Positions 1 to 9,464 of a DNA stretch of 64,000 bases are shown here, in pieces. Both the position numbers and the translations under genes were made by a program. The notes under the pieces are model-generated. The model was not told where the DNA came from. It searched no databases and worked only from the letters and a program-made list of their open reading frames with translations. Source of the DNA: a virus; the IMG/VR virus record IMGVR_UViG_3300027693_000002, one strand, 5' to 3'. Every line of letters begins with the position of its first letter. Position 1 is the first letter of the stretch.

Positions 1-54
1 GTTAATCAGACAGTCAGGAAAGCCCTACTAGATGTCTTAGATCTGGTTGCTGAG

Positions 55-498
55 GTGCACACCACTTGTGCGAATATGAGTGAAGTCTTGAATAGCACTG
101 TGAACAAGTACCCAGATGGAACTGACTTCAATCAAGTGTTCCGAGTCGAGCGAGGTAAGTGGCTAGACAAGACGCTAGATTTGATCAATCGTACGGTTAA
201 GGCTGCGCACCATTATGTGACGATTGCGGTTGAGGCAACCAACGAGTACGAGAATACTAAGGGGAAGAGAGTCGTAGAGGATTGGGATCGAAGATTCAGA
301 GAGGATACTCGCCCTGTCGCCCCAGTTTCCGAGTATGGGGGAGCCAATATAGATGAGGCTTTCGCTGAAGCTTTCACTCACTACGTGTTGGAGATGGACA
401 TGGATCGAGATCAGCTTGAATCCTTCAGATCCGTCTTCTCGTCGATGGACGACCTCGTGACTTTAGTGGCTCAAAGGTACCTGCAAGAATTTTCTTGA
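55..498 (+). CDS. hypothetical protein (frame is open to window start; may be 5'-partial)
   Basis: ORF track 147 aa; no recognisable catalytic motif. Confidence 0.35.
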   Translation: MHTTCANMSEVLNSTVNKYPDGTDFNQVFRVERGKWLDKTLDLINRTVKAAHHYVTIAVEATNEYENTKGKRVVEDWDRRFREDTRPVAPVSEYGGANIDEAFAEAFTHYVLEMDMDRDQLESFRSVFSSMDDLVTLVAQRYLQEFS

Positions 499-589
499 CC
501 TCCCGTTCTTGGTGTCTTAGGCTTGGGGAGCCAATGGGGGATGACCACTGGCCCTAACCGCTCCGTGAGGAGCTCGAAAGGGTATTGAC

Positions 590-913
590 GTGGAAGACAT
601 AATCGTCGGTCGTTATGACCGTGATCCTCAGGCACAAGGCGTAATTCGTCCCAAGAGTGGCAAGTGGCAACTCGTTATTGACAACGAGGGCTACCCGCAT
701 CTGTTTGTTGAGTCCAATATCGAAGGCGACAACGGAGAAGCCACTAAGGGACTGTTCTGTCTTGAGGACTTGCTCCCAGAAGACATGAAAGTCAAGGACA
801 TCATGAACAGTACTTTTGGGGGAGAGCTTTTGCCAGAAGAGGTAGAAGAAGCCGAAAGAGAGTACCTAGCGGGTAGAATGGCAACTGGGATCCCGTGCCC
901 CCGAGAAATGTAG
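590..913 (+). CDS. hypothetical protein
   Basis: ORF track 107 aa, acidic; followed by terminator hairpin. Confidence 0.35.
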   Translation: MEDIIVGRYDRDPQAQGVIRPKSGKWQLVIDNEGYPHLFVESNIEGDNGEATKGLFCLEDLLPEDMKVKDIMNSTFGGELLPEEVEEAEREYLAGRMATGIPCPREM

Positions 914-981
914 AATCCTTTTATTGGGGATCAATGATGTATTGTTGCTCATCGTAAATTGCCATTTGATGCCGTTCTTCG

Positions 982-1020
982 GCGAGACCCCATTTCCTCC
1001 GACTTGGGGTCTCGCTTTTT
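982..1020 (+). terminator. rho-independent terminator (GCGAGACCCCA / TGGGGTCTCGC 11-bp stem + TTTTT)
   Basis: perfect inverted repeat 982-992/1005-1015 followed by T5, ~70 nt after stop of 590..913. Confidence 0.6.
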
Positions 1021-1200
1021 AAGGCTACATACGAACTGTTCACACTGATTTCGTTTCGGCCTGCAGCTCTTTCAGCTGTATCCGCGGTTTTTTCAGTCAC
1101 GGAGGTTGACCACGATTAGCGTGATGATGACCGTGGTTATTACGAGTATAGCCAAGAAGGACAAGCCGAGTACTAGTAGCATCTCGTTTTGCACTTTTTC

Positions 1201-2556
1201 TCACACTTGAACTTCCCTGGCAAGCTCCAAGAGCTTCTCCCGGGTGTTGAGTTCTGGGTCCTCCGTTACGGCGTCTAGAAGGCTTTCTAGCACTCTTCCT
1301 ATCCTAGGGCCTGGTCCTATACCCAAGTGAGCCATCACGTCGTTCCCGTCGATGGCAAGCACCTTGATTGACGTTGGGATCACTTCGGTCAATTGCAGTC
1401 TGGATACCCGATTCTCCAGGTCATCAATGACTGAATTCTCGGATTCAACTGTGGCTATAGGCCCTTTCCCGGCGATGTCCGCCCGGGCGAGAGTGCAGAA
1501 AGTGGGGACGCTCTCCAATCCAACCTTCCGAACCCAACGACGAAGCGCTGAATTCGACCACTCGTGTTCGTACCGGATGAAGTGGTGCTCAACCAAGTGA
1601 ACAATCTTCTCCCGATCTTCGGTTGAGAACCTCAACCGAGTCAAGATCTCATCGGTCTTCTTTGCCCCCACCAGCTCATGATCGTAGAAAGTGGCATCCC
1701 CATGGACTGGGTGAACCCCTTTCACCTCGGGCTTTGCGATATCGTGAAAGAGAGCCCCAAACCTGAGGATAGGGTTGTCATCCGGACAATGGTCGAGAGT
1801 AACCATCGTGTGGGTCCAAACGTCGTAGGAATGGTACCGATTTTGAGTACACCCAACCATCGGGCGCATCTCTAGTAGGATCACGTCCAAGACTCCGGTA
1901 TGAACTATGGCATTCATTGAACGAGAGGGTGCTTTCGAGCCCATGATCCTAAAGAGCTCGTCCCTGACCCGTTCAACGCTGACCTTGGCTAGGGAGGCTA
2001 GGGAATCAATCTTCGCCATACCTTCGAGAGTACGTGGTTCAATGGAGAATCCCAGAGTACTCATGAAACGAATAGCTCGCATGACTCTCAAGCCGTCTTC
2101 TTGGAATCTTTCTTCAGGAGATCCTACAGCTCGGATGAGCATGCATTCGATATCCTGCACCCCACCGAAGGGGTCACAGAACTTCCCTGTCAAGGGGTCG
2201 TACGCGACCGCATTCATTGTGAAGTCTCGACGAGCCAAGTCCTCGATGATAGAGTCCAAGAACCTGACACTATCTGGGTGGCGCCCATCCGAGTAGGTAC
2301 CTTCACCACGGAAGGTGGTGACCTCGAAGCCCTCGTTTTCAATCATGACCGTGACCGTTCCATGTTGGATACCGGTCTCAATGACACGACTGAACAGCCT
2401 GACGACTCTATCAGGGAGAGCATTAGTGGCCACATCGAAGTCGTGAGCTTCTCGGCCAAGTATAGAGTCGCGCACTGCGCCACCAACAACCCAGGCTTCA
2501 AAGCCTGCTTGATTCAAGATACTGCAGATAAAACGGACTCTTTCAGGGACTTTCAT
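1201..2556 (-). CDS. cca: CCA-adding tRNA nucleotidyltransferase / poly(A) polymerase family with C-terminal HD domain
   Basis: N-terminal GGAVRDSILGREAHDFDVAT nucleotidyltransferase motif (GGxVRD...DxD), HD motif (LFHDIAKP), 451 aa. Confidence 0.8.
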   Translation of the reverse strand: MKVPERVRFICSILNQAGFEAWVVGGAVRDSILGREAHDFDVATNALPDRVVRLFSRVIETGIQHGTVTVMIENEGFEVTTFRGEGTYSDGRHPDSVRFLDSIIEDLARRDFTMNAVAYDPLTGKFCDPFGGVQDIECMLIRAVGSPEERFQEDGLRVMRAIRFMSTLGFSIEPRTLEGMAKIDSLASLAKVSVERVRDELFRIMGSKAPSRSMNAIVHTGVLDVILLEMRPMVGCTQNRYHSYDVWTHTMVTLDHCPDDNPILRFGALFHDIAKPEVKGVHPVHGDATFYDHELVGAKKTDEILTRLRFSTEDREKIVHLVEHHFIRYEHEWSNSALRRWVRKVGLESVPTFCTLARADIAGKGPIATVESENSVIDDLENRVSRLQLTEVIPTSIKVLAIDGNDVMAHLGIGPGPRIGRVLESLLDAVTEDPELNTREKLLELAREVQV

Positions 2557-2590
2557 GGCACGTAGGATTCTACTTTTGAATAGGTAAGGA

Positions 2591-2965
2591 ATGAACCGCG
2601 TTTTGCTGGTGGAGGATGAGTCTGCTCTCAGGAAGCTGATACGGACTTTTCTGAAAGCCGAAAACTACATTGTTGAGGAGACTGACTCCGTAGAGGGGGC
2701 TAAGCGTATCATAGCTACGGGATTAGTCGAAGTAATCGTGGCTGACTTCAAGTTGGGTGCCGGTACAGCAACGGAATTGTATCAATGGCTCGTCGATAAA
2801 GACCTCCAGCTGAAGGACAGGTTCATCGTGGTCTCAGGATGGCCGGATCTTGAGGGTTTTCCTTACTTTCTGTCCAAGCCCTTTCACTTGACCGAGCTGG
2901 TCTCCACCATCAAGCTGGTGCTAAGTGATCATCCTGTGGACGATGGAGTGGCTACCGTTCTCTAG
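2591..2965 (+). CDS. stand-alone response-regulator receiver (CheY-like REC) domain protein
   Basis: LLVEDE acidic pocket, conserved Asp in IVADFKLG, conserved Lys in LSKPF; 124 aa; SD-like AGGTAAGGA upstream. Confidence 0.65.
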   Translation: MNRVLLVEDESALRKLIRTFLKAENYIVEETDSVEGAKRIIATGLVEVIVADFKLGAGTATELYQWLVDKDLQLKDRFIVVSGWPDLEGFPYFLSKPFHLTELVSTIKLVLSDHPVDDGVATVL

Positions 2966-3590
2966 TCGAGAACTTGCCGACAACTGGTAGCAATCGAGTC
3001 AAGGAGAGTGCTTTGGTAGCCATCTCTGGATAACCATCAAGCCTTAGGCACAACTCGTGATATCGAAACAAGTACCTCTTCTGAGCTTTCTGCCAGCTCC
3101 AAGGTTTGATCTTGAAGTCGTAAGGTTGGGCTGATTGATCCCACTGAAGAGCAACGAGCAGGTCTCTCTTCTCAGTGAAGAGCATTCGATTGTCCGTTTC
3201 CTTGATGACTTGGTGGTCCAGGATCCCCTCTGGTAAGTTGAACCGCTTCTCGATCACCCTATCCAGTCTCTTGGAAGCCAAACGGTAGGCTTCCAACTCA
3301 GGCATCACTTTCAACGGACGGACCATGTCCATCAAATAGGCTTCTCCCGAGTCATGAAGGAGAAACGCCAAGGCTAGGATCAAGTTGTGAGTCTGCTCCT
3401 CGACAACGTGAGAGCCCAAGACACAATGTTGGCCGACATAGTATGGGATTCGGGGGTGCCCGTTGAATCGGCAGATTTTCCCCAAGGAACCAGAGATATC
3501 TGCGATTTGTATGTCCTCTGGTTCTGGGTCTAGGACATAGAATCTATGTCCTGTCAGGGTTTGCACCCAATCTCCGTAGCGCGGTCGCAT
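2952..3590 (-). CDS. HD-domain phosphohydrolase, YfbR-like 5'-deoxynucleotidase
   Basis: RFNGH...VGQHCVLGSH ... LLHDSGEAYLMD motifs typical of YfbR-type HD hydrolases; 212 aa. Confidence 0.6.
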   Translation of the reverse strand: MRPRYGDWVQTLTGHRFYVLDPEPEDIQIADISGSLGKICRFNGHPRIPYYVGQHCVLGSHVVEEQTHNLILALAFLLHDSGEAYLMDMVRPLKVMPELEAYRLASKRLDRVIEKRFNLPEGILDHQVIKETDNRMLFTEKRDLLVALQWDQSAQPYDFKIKPWSWQKAQKRYLFRYHELCLRLDGYPEMATKALSLTRLLPVVGKFSTRER

Positions 3591-3609
3591 TCAATCAAGT
3601 ACACCGAAA

Positions 3610-3888
3610 CTAGATGACCGGCTTTCTTTCGTACCGGGTTGGGATCTCTACTTCATACACTTCAAACTTGTCTTCTTCTCCGAGAATTATCGCAGCACCT
3701 GGATGCCCAGATACCTGAGTTGAGATCTGAACGAGCTCTTCGATGTCCCGTTCGCCCATAGAGGTCGGGCGTCGAAAGACGAACAAGTTGAGCTTGCTGG
3801 CTGACGGATTGTCTAGTGGGATCTCGACAACCTCAGGACTTGACCCATTCGCGGGGAGGACCTTTACTTCCAACCTACGCTGACTCAT
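3610..3888 (-). CDS. hypothetical protein ending in TRYERKPVI
   Basis: ORF track 92 aa; shares C-terminal RYxRxPVI motif with 5 other ORFs. Confidence 0.45.
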   Translation of the reverse strand: MSQRRLEVKVLPANGSSPEVVEIPLDNPSASKLNLFVFRRPTSMGERDIEELVQISTQVSGHPGAAIILGEEDKFEVYEVEIPTRYERKPVI

Positions 3889-4024
3889 GGGTTGTCCCGT
3901 TCACTGCTCTCGGTTCTGATGTCACTAGATTAACCATTTCCCCCGATTCAAGACCCTTTGGTATCGACTTACTCGTACCATTGAAGTTGGAGGTGCCTGA
4001 GGAGACTGTATAGCTAGAGCACTG

Positions 4025-4054
4025 TTCAGGTCCCCATCCCGGTGGGGACCTGAA
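4025..4054. other. perfect hairpin TTCAGGTCCCC-atcccggt-GGGGACCTGAA in intergenic region
   Basis: 11-bp perfect inverted repeat with 8-nt loop between convergent/tandem minus-strand genes; no T tract. Confidence 0.5.
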
Positions 4055-4197
4055 CGAAGTCCCTTGGCAGGAGCAACCGAACGGATTGGGTAGCCCATTA
4101 TAATAGGGTTGAAGTTAATTACCTTACCGTATTGCCGGAGTTTCTTGGGTTCCATACAATGCGGAACAGTGCTCAAGCTTCAATACTATGTCAATCC

Positions 4198-4653
4198 TCA
4201 ACTAGGAACCGGAGCCGCGCTCATTGGAGTGGGCACCCTGGGCTCAGATGGGTTGAAGATTTCGGCGAGAGATGATGCTGGTTCGAAGTAGCCCTTGGCG
4301 AACCTCCCGCCAAGGAAGTCCGCATCTCTTATCCGAACAGCAGACCAATGAATGGACTGGGCCAAGAAACGGTCCACCTCCATGTGCGTTACGAGACCAC
4401 CCTGCCAAGCGATGATGGCAGATCGGTGTTCGAGGACGGTGTCGTCTTTGATGTTTCGAAGCATGACGAGGCACCCAAGGTTGAGGAAGTAGTACGCACT
4501 GACCTTCAGGTAGATGGGTTTTGACTCGGTTTTGACTTCACTTTTGGAATTGGCGAGAAGGCCTAAGTAGATGCAACCGTCGATAATCTTTCGACAATCC
4601 ACCTTTTCGTCCAATGTGATAGACCCACCTTCAACCAGAATTGAGTATTCCAT
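4198..4653 (-). CDS. hypothetical protein
   Basis: ORF track 151 aa. Confidence 0.4.
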   Translation of the reverse strand: MEYSILVEGGSITLDEKVDCRKIIDGCIYLGLLANSKSEVKTESKPIYLKVSAYYFLNLGCLVMLRNIKDDTVLEHRSAIIAWQGGLVTHMEVDRFLAQSIHWSAVRIRDADFLGGRFAKGYFEPASSLAEIFNPSEPRVPTPMSAAPVPS

Positions 4654-4720
4654 GGGGTGCTAATACACCAAAATTCGGATTCTTGGTTTAGTTATTGGTT
4701 CTTCATGCGTAATAGAGGGT

Positions 4721-4963
4721 ATGCTGAATGGAGATCGATTGACTGACAAGTTTCAAGGAGAGCCCAAGTTTGTTCTTGACTTTTGGGAACGCGCCCAAAA
4801 GGGTATGGCAGACGAAGTGGATGATACGATTTTCAAGTTCACTATTACCGCTGAGGATGTGGCGAAGTACCCGGAATTGAAGCCGGGGATGCGTCTGTTT
4901 CTTACAGAGTCTACGGATGGATTCGTTTTTCACGAGCTTCTTCCGCCAAAACGATCTAACTGA
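4721..4963 (+). CDS. hypothetical small protein
   Basis: ORF track 80 aa, fills gap between minus-strand genes. Confidence 0.3.
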   Translation: MLNGDRLTDKFQGEPKFVLDFWERAQKGMADEVDDTIFKFTITAEDVAKYPELKPGMRLFLTESTDGFVFHELLPPKRSN

Positions 4964-4977
4964 TTCCTCGTTCCAGT

Positions 4978-6438
4978 CTACGTGCATTGTATGGTCTTTT
5001 TGTAGGCCTTTTCGAGCACCCCTCGCGGGTAGTAACCATGCACGAAATCCCATGGAAGCGGACCACTAAGGTCGAGCTTACCGGTAGTCGTCCCGGTAAG
5101 CTCGACCGCGGCAACTGGGGTAACCGCAGACTTTGACTCAAGTGCGATCAGCTTTGCCCCCACACGCCCTGACCGCATCAGTATACAGGTCAGGGCGTGC
5201 TTTCGTTCCTGTCTCCCGGAACCATGTTCTAGCTTCAGACAGTACGTTTTGCGGATGTTTCTGGCCAAGGCCTTACTCCACGGCTCGCAATCCGGCCCAA
5301 TGGGACACCACTGCAGTGGTGTCCCAGGACAGGGTAGTAACGGTTGCCATCGGATCGTTAGCTGCCCGGTGATTCTCCGTTCCAGCATTGTCGCATCGAG
5401 CCTTCGGATTGTCTGCGCCAGTTCCGCGGTTTCAGATACCAACTCCCCCGGAAGTCCAGAGATCATGTGCCAATTGGTCTTCTCACAGGCTTCACCCTTC
5501 CGCGTTTTCTGTCTCTCGTATAGCCCGCACATAGCCTCAACGATGAAGTCGTTCGTTAGTCTGGCCTTGCCGATTTTGCGGCGGACACGCTCGGTCACAG
5601 CCTCGATTCCGAAATTGAACAACTTGTCGAATAGAAATTCGCTCCTAGCATCGTAATTAGAATCGAGACGTGAGGTACACCCGGTGTCTTTGATTCCTCT
5701 CTCGCGCATCCACTCACGCAACCGAACGATGTCCGGGTAAGCTTCGGCATCGCAAGCCTGCAGGTGGACCGAAGGCACTCCTCGGATAGCATCCCGTACG
5801 TCGTCCAAGGTGTTATGTCGAACTGGACCCATCCATCCGAGTCCGCAGAATGAGCACTTGCTCTTGCATCCACGCGAGAGCTCGATTCTGGCATGCTGTT
5901 CCATTGGTAGGCTTCTGCTTTGAAGTGAAGTTCGTATATCCGGTGACCAACCCATTTTCAGGGTCACCTCATTTTCGTTGTGGATCGAAGGAACGAATAC
6001 CCCAGAGACAGTAGACGCTCCCACCAGGAACTCTCTACTGTTCCCATTTCGCTCCCATATTTGGAGTAATTGAGGCAGCGAGAGCTCTGCATCCCCAAGC
6101 ACTATCAAGTCAGCAATATCGGCAATAGGTAGCGGATTGCGTGTACCTTGTCCGCCCATCCATACGAGCGGGTGACTTCGGTCGCGGTCTTTGGCAAGTA
6201 GCGGCAATTTCAGCTTCTGCATCGCCTTTCCAAGGGACAGCATCGAACTAAAGTCGTGAACCGCTATGAACACTGCGTCATGGCGGTTCAGTTTGTTCGC
6301 GTATTCGAGCTCTAGTCCGTAGGGCTTTCCGATAATCTCGAGTATTCGTAGGGGAAACGTGAGACCGGTGGTCTCAGTTCTTCCGGTGGCCCTTGCGAAG
6401 GCATCCCATGTGTCGAGCGTGCAAGCTAGAGCTTTCAT
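4978..6438 (-). CDS. B12-binding-domain radical SAM enzyme (class B-like)
   Basis: CxxxCxxC cluster in ELSRGCKSKCSFCGLGW; N-terminal cobalamin-binding-like region (LVWMGGQGTRNPLPIADIADLIVLGDAE); start abuts stop of upstream RAMP gene (6438/6439). Confidence 0.75.
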   Translation of the reverse strand: MKALACTLDTWDAFARATGRTETTGLTFPLRILEIIGKPYGLELEYANKLNRHDAVFIAVHDFSSMLSLGKAMQKLKLPLLAKDRDRSHPLVWMGGQGTRNPLPIADIADLIVLGDAELSLPQLLQIWERNGNSREFLVGASTVSGVFVPSIHNENEVTLKMGWSPDIRTSLQSRSLPMEQHARIELSRGCKSKCSFCGLGWMGPVRHNTLDDVRDAIRGVPSVHLQACDAEAYPDIVRLREWMRERGIKDTGCTSRLDSNYDARSEFLFDKLFNFGIEAVTERVRRKIGKARLTNDFIVEAMCGLYERQKTRKGEACEKTNWHMISGLPGELVSETAELAQTIRRLDATMLERRITGQLTIRWQPLLPCPGTPLQWCPIGPDCEPWSKALARNIRKTYCLKLEHGSGRQERKHALTCILMRSGRVGAKLIALESKSAVTPVAAVELTGTTTGKLDLSGPLPWDFVHGYYPRGVLEKAYKKTIQCT

Positions 6439-7092
6439 CTATCCTGGGAGGAAGCAGGCTTCCTCACGAGAGTACATCCAATAGGGGGGTCGTAACGTTG
6501 CGTAACCGGTCCTGGTTGTCGTGGCCACGCCAGGCCAACCTAACGGCAAGGGACGCTTCGGAGTGCCGTTATGAACCACCGGAAACCCTTCACCCCAGGG
6601 TTTACAGCTTTCAACCTTCCATGAGCCTTCAATGATCCGCCCTTTGCCGATTGAGCGATGTTTGCCGAGGTAGAATACATCCGTCAGTAAGTTGTGTACA
6701 CTGACAATGTCTCCCAATGCAAACCATGTCACTTTGTCGTCAACTGCGAACTGGTAGTCATACTCCATCATATAGAGCTTGTCGGGGCCACTAGCAATCG
6801 ATACGGAACCACCACGCTTTCCAAAGTGGCAGTATTCTTCGATTGGTGGGCGTCGTGTTCGAAATGAGCCGAATGTCTCCTCTATCTCAAACATGGCCGA
6901 TGAGCACAGTCGAATCCCAGCAGCTTCGTCAATGGGTACTGGGATCTCTTTGATTTCGTCCTCGGATATCGGAGTAGGCAACTGCTCACGCATTGCTATC
7001 ACTGCGGCCAATAGTGAATCCAACACGGTAGGGGTTCGCATTACGAACCCCTCGGCAAGCTTGCAGCTGACCTTGATTGGCTCGTAGTTCAC
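6439..7092 (-). CDS. putative Cas5-like RAMP protein
   Basis: glycine-rich loop YLGKHRSIGKGRI (GxxxxxGxG) and N-terminal PTVLDSLLAAVIAM resembling the Cas5 motif; 4-nt overlap with upstream gene. Confidence 0.4.
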   Translation of the reverse strand: MNYEPIKVSCKLAEGFVMRTPTVLDSLLAAVIAMREQLPTPISEDEIKEIPVPIDEAAGIRLCSSAMFEIEETFGSFRTRRPPIEEYCHFGKRGGSVSIASGPDKLYMMEYDYQFAVDDKVTWFALGDIVSVHNLLTDVFYLGKHRSIGKGRIIEGSWKVESCKPWGEGFPVVHNGTPKRPLPLGWPGVATTTRTGYATLRPPYWMYSREEACFLPG

Positions 7093-8072
7093 GCTGCTAC
7101 CTCGTGCCGTAACCAGTTCACCAGCTGTTCCTTGTGATCGGTAACGTGCGCTCGGAACAGATCACCGGTTCCTTTTCGCTCACCGATGTCGAGCTCTCCT
7201 GTGTATTGTTTGAAGTGAACCCTGGCACCCGCAAGGAATTCGAGTTCCCCGTGTTCTGATGCTTGTTTTCCTCCGAAACGGAAGTTGTTCAATAGGCAGG
7301 AGTAGGCGTACTCGAAAGCGTCTCGCTCAAGCTCGTTATAAGACCTCAACAAGAACGACAGTTGAAACAATGACCCGCGAATGATTCGCTCGAACGTATG
7401 CGGCATCATGTCGCTCTTGACTTTTGCGGCCTCGATCGCGTTCCCCTCCTCGTGAGCTTTACCCTGTGCTAGTAGCTTGTTATAGACTTGTAACCTCGCA
7501 CCCTCCGAAAGCAGTTTCAGGTTCTCGGGAAGGATCTCCGGGTCCATATTCACCCGTTGAACTTTCTCAAGTAGGTAGGAGCTTTCGCAGATCCCTTCAT
7601 TGTTATCCTTGAGCCACTGTCGCGTCCATGGATTTAGCGAGTGCATGTTTTCCTCGCAGATGAGCTTCAGTGCGTCAACATTGAGTTGTCCGCCTTGGGT
7701 ACGATTGTCGATGCAACCCCCAAGGATCCCAAGAAACGGGAATAGCGTCACAAGCTCGCGCCATCGATCGATGTTGATCGTGGTCCCATCACCCTTTCCA
7801 GTGAGCATTCCGCCGTTGAACAGCAGCCGCATCGCTCCACGTTCGAGTTGGGGATCCCCCAGAATTCCAGCTGCGTCCAATGAACAGATCGCGGCAGCTC
7901 GGCGTAATCGATTTCTAACTGCGTTACCAGTGCCCTCTGGCACGTCTGCGATCTCTCCGCCAGGAAGCCTTACAGCTGCACGCATGATCGTTGCGTGATT
8001 TCCGATACTACCCTTGTGATGCGCGATCGGTTGAACTGCCCTGACCACCGAAATGTATCGAGTTGTCTCCAT
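7089..8072 (-). CDS. putative Cas7-like backbone RAMP protein
   Basis: 327 aa; EGTGNAVRNRLRRAAA resembles the Cas7 [S/C]LKRxIR motif; Gly-rich segments (LFNGGMLTGKGDG, RFGGKQASEHGE); 1-nt stop/start overlap with upstream ORF. Confidence 0.4.
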   Translation of the reverse strand: METTRYISVVRAVQPIAHHKGSIGNHATIMRAAVRLPGGEIADVPEGTGNAVRNRLRRAAAICSLDAAGILGDPQLERGAMRLLFNGGMLTGKGDGTTINIDRWRELVTLFPFLGILGGCIDNRTQGGQLNVDALKLICEENMHSLNPWTRQWLKDNNEGICESSYLLEKVQRVNMDPEILPENLKLLSEGARLQVYNKLLAQGKAHEEGNAIEAAKVKSDMMPHTFERIIRGSLFQLSFLLRSYNELERDAFEYAYSCLLNNFRFGGKQASEHGELEFLAGARVHFKQYTGELDIGERKGTGDLFRAHVTDHKEQLVNWLRHEVAA

Positions 8073-8611
8073 TATGCCGTTTCCTCAACTAACAATCCAT
8101 TCTCTTCTGCTGCTGCCAACATGTCTTCCTTGGTAAGTTTCCCAAGGATTCGCTCCTGCTTCTCTCGCTCCCGTTCTTCTTTGCGAAGTTCGATCTGTTT
8201 GCGGAGCAATGCAAACAAGAACGCACCATCGCGAATTACCATCATTTTCGCTTCTCTGTGGCACGAGTGTTCGTCGCAGAAGCTTACTAGATCAAGGAGC
8301 GTTGAAGAGGCTGAGCTGCCCCACGTGTCGATGCTCTGCATTTGTAGGTCTATTTGAAGCTCGTTCACCCACCGATTGATGGTCGGTGACATTTCTGCAC
8401 TTGTTCTGGCTCGGTTTTGGATCTGTTCGAGGTAGTCCGGCTTTACCTTCCCCCCTTTGTCCTTCACATACCGGTCTCGGATCGATAACAGCATCTCGAC
8501 AAGAAGTGTTTCGAGATGCTTTCTTTCTTCCTGTTTCAACACTTTGAGTCTCCTTGGTTCTCTGTTTGGTCCGTGCCTTACGTTCTTTCTCTGCTGCCTT
8601 CTCGGCTTCAA
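8072..8611 (-). CDS. small alpha-helical protein, Cas11-like small-subunit candidate (true start probably internal, near 8494)
   Basis: position between large-subunit-like and Cas7-like genes; helical, ~140 aa from M40; overlaps 3' end of 8292..9464 in another frame. Confidence 0.3.
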   Translation of the reverse strand: MKPRRQQRKNVRHGPNREPRRLKVLKQEERKHLETLLVEMLLSIRDRYVKDKGGKVKPDYLEQIQNRARTSAEMSPTINRWVNELQIDLQMQSIDTWGSSASSTLLDLVSFCDEHSCHREAKMMVIRDGAFLFALLRKQIELRKEEREREKQERILGKLTKEDMLAAAEENGLLVEETA

Positions 8612-9464
8612 TCCTTATAGCTACTGCTGCCTCATCTCGTTGAGATAGCCATAGCGCCAAACGAAACCACCCAGTATGCCGCCGCTTCGCGTTACGACCC
8701 TCAAATTCACGGATTGCTGTCTCCAAGCGCAGCCATGTGAACTGGCTATATTCTCCGATGAGAATCTCTTCCTTTGTTGCTCCAGCGGTGAGAAGTGCTG
8801 TCATTTCGTCTACCAGCGAGAGACCTGGTGGGATGCTAACAAGCGTCTCCTCGAACAGCACCGTTCCGCCTGGACCGAGCAGGTTCGGTGGTGTATGATG
8901 CACCACATGCTTCTGTCCACTGTCTGCGATTGCAGCGAACCACATGCCGTGGTGGTCACGCCTTAGGAAGTTAAGCACGATCGGTTTTTCTCCCTTTGAT
9001 GCGTTCAGGTAGCCTGGGATCACGGTTCCATCCGGAAGTGACGGTGAATCCCACCCCTCCTCATATAGGTGGCTGTAATTGCGGAAGTTGCCACCGAACG
9101 ACGCTTCGCCCGTACCACCACACTTAGGGCAAGCGTCTCCGATCTTGGACGCCTTTCCTTTGCCCTTGGGAGGAATCTTTTTCACAGTTCCGGTTCCCTC
9201 GCAAACCGAACACTGTCCTGGCGGGCGCCCAGGGACTGGAAAAGTACGTGCAGCAAGCATGCAACATGCCTCACAGACGTAAATTGCTGCAGGACAACGC
9301 GCACGATTCTGATCTGTGTAACTTGAAGTACACCAGTCGACAACGGGTTTTCCTCGAACTACAGGACCTGCGCAAACGTAGCAAAGACCGTTTGCCTCCG
9401 AGCACCCGTCAACCCGCGGGCTTCCTATTGCTTTGTGAAGCAGCTGACTTGGCGAGGGCCTCAT
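8292..9464 (-). CDS. zinc-finger protein, Csf1/Cas8-like large-subunit candidate
   Basis: four CxxC pairs (CYVCAG, CEACC, CSVCEG, CPKCGG); likely start at M25 forming ATGA overlap with stop of Cas6-like gene; low-complexity K/R-rich C-terminus. Confidence 0.4.
   Translation of the reverse strand: MRPSPSQLLHKAIGSPRVDGCSEANGLCYVCAGPVVRGKPVVDWCTSSYTDQNRARCPAAIYVCEACCMLAARTFPVPGRPPGQCSVCEGTGTVKKIPPKGKGKASKIGDACPKCGGTGEASFGGNFRNYSHLYEEGWDSPSLPDGTVIPGYLNASKGEKPIVLNFLRRDHHGMWFAAIADSGQKHVVHHTPPNLLGPGGTVLFEETLVSIPPGLSLVDEMTALLTAGATKEEILIGEYSQFTWLRLETAIREFEGRNAKRRHTGWFRLALWLSQRDEAAVAIRIEAEKAAEKERKARTKQRTKETQSVETGRKKASRNTSCRDAVIDPRPVCEGQRGEGKAGLPRTDPKPSQNKCRNVTDHQSVGERASNRPTNAEHRHVGQLSLFNAP

Noticed and set aside
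2952-3590. HD-domain protein considered as a split Cas3 HD nuclease (Cas3'') for the Cascade-like operon
   Set aside because: Its motifs (RFNGH, VGQHC, LLHDSGE) match YfbR-type dNMP nucleotidases, not the Cas3 HD signature. It is also separated from the operon by two unrelated genes.
4703-5656. Several ORFs (4703..5053, 4956..5141, 5133..5372, 5249..5656, 5595..5894) overlapping the radical SAM gene
   Set aside because: All lie inside the 486-aa radical SAM ORF, which has clear motifs. They are alternative-frame noise.
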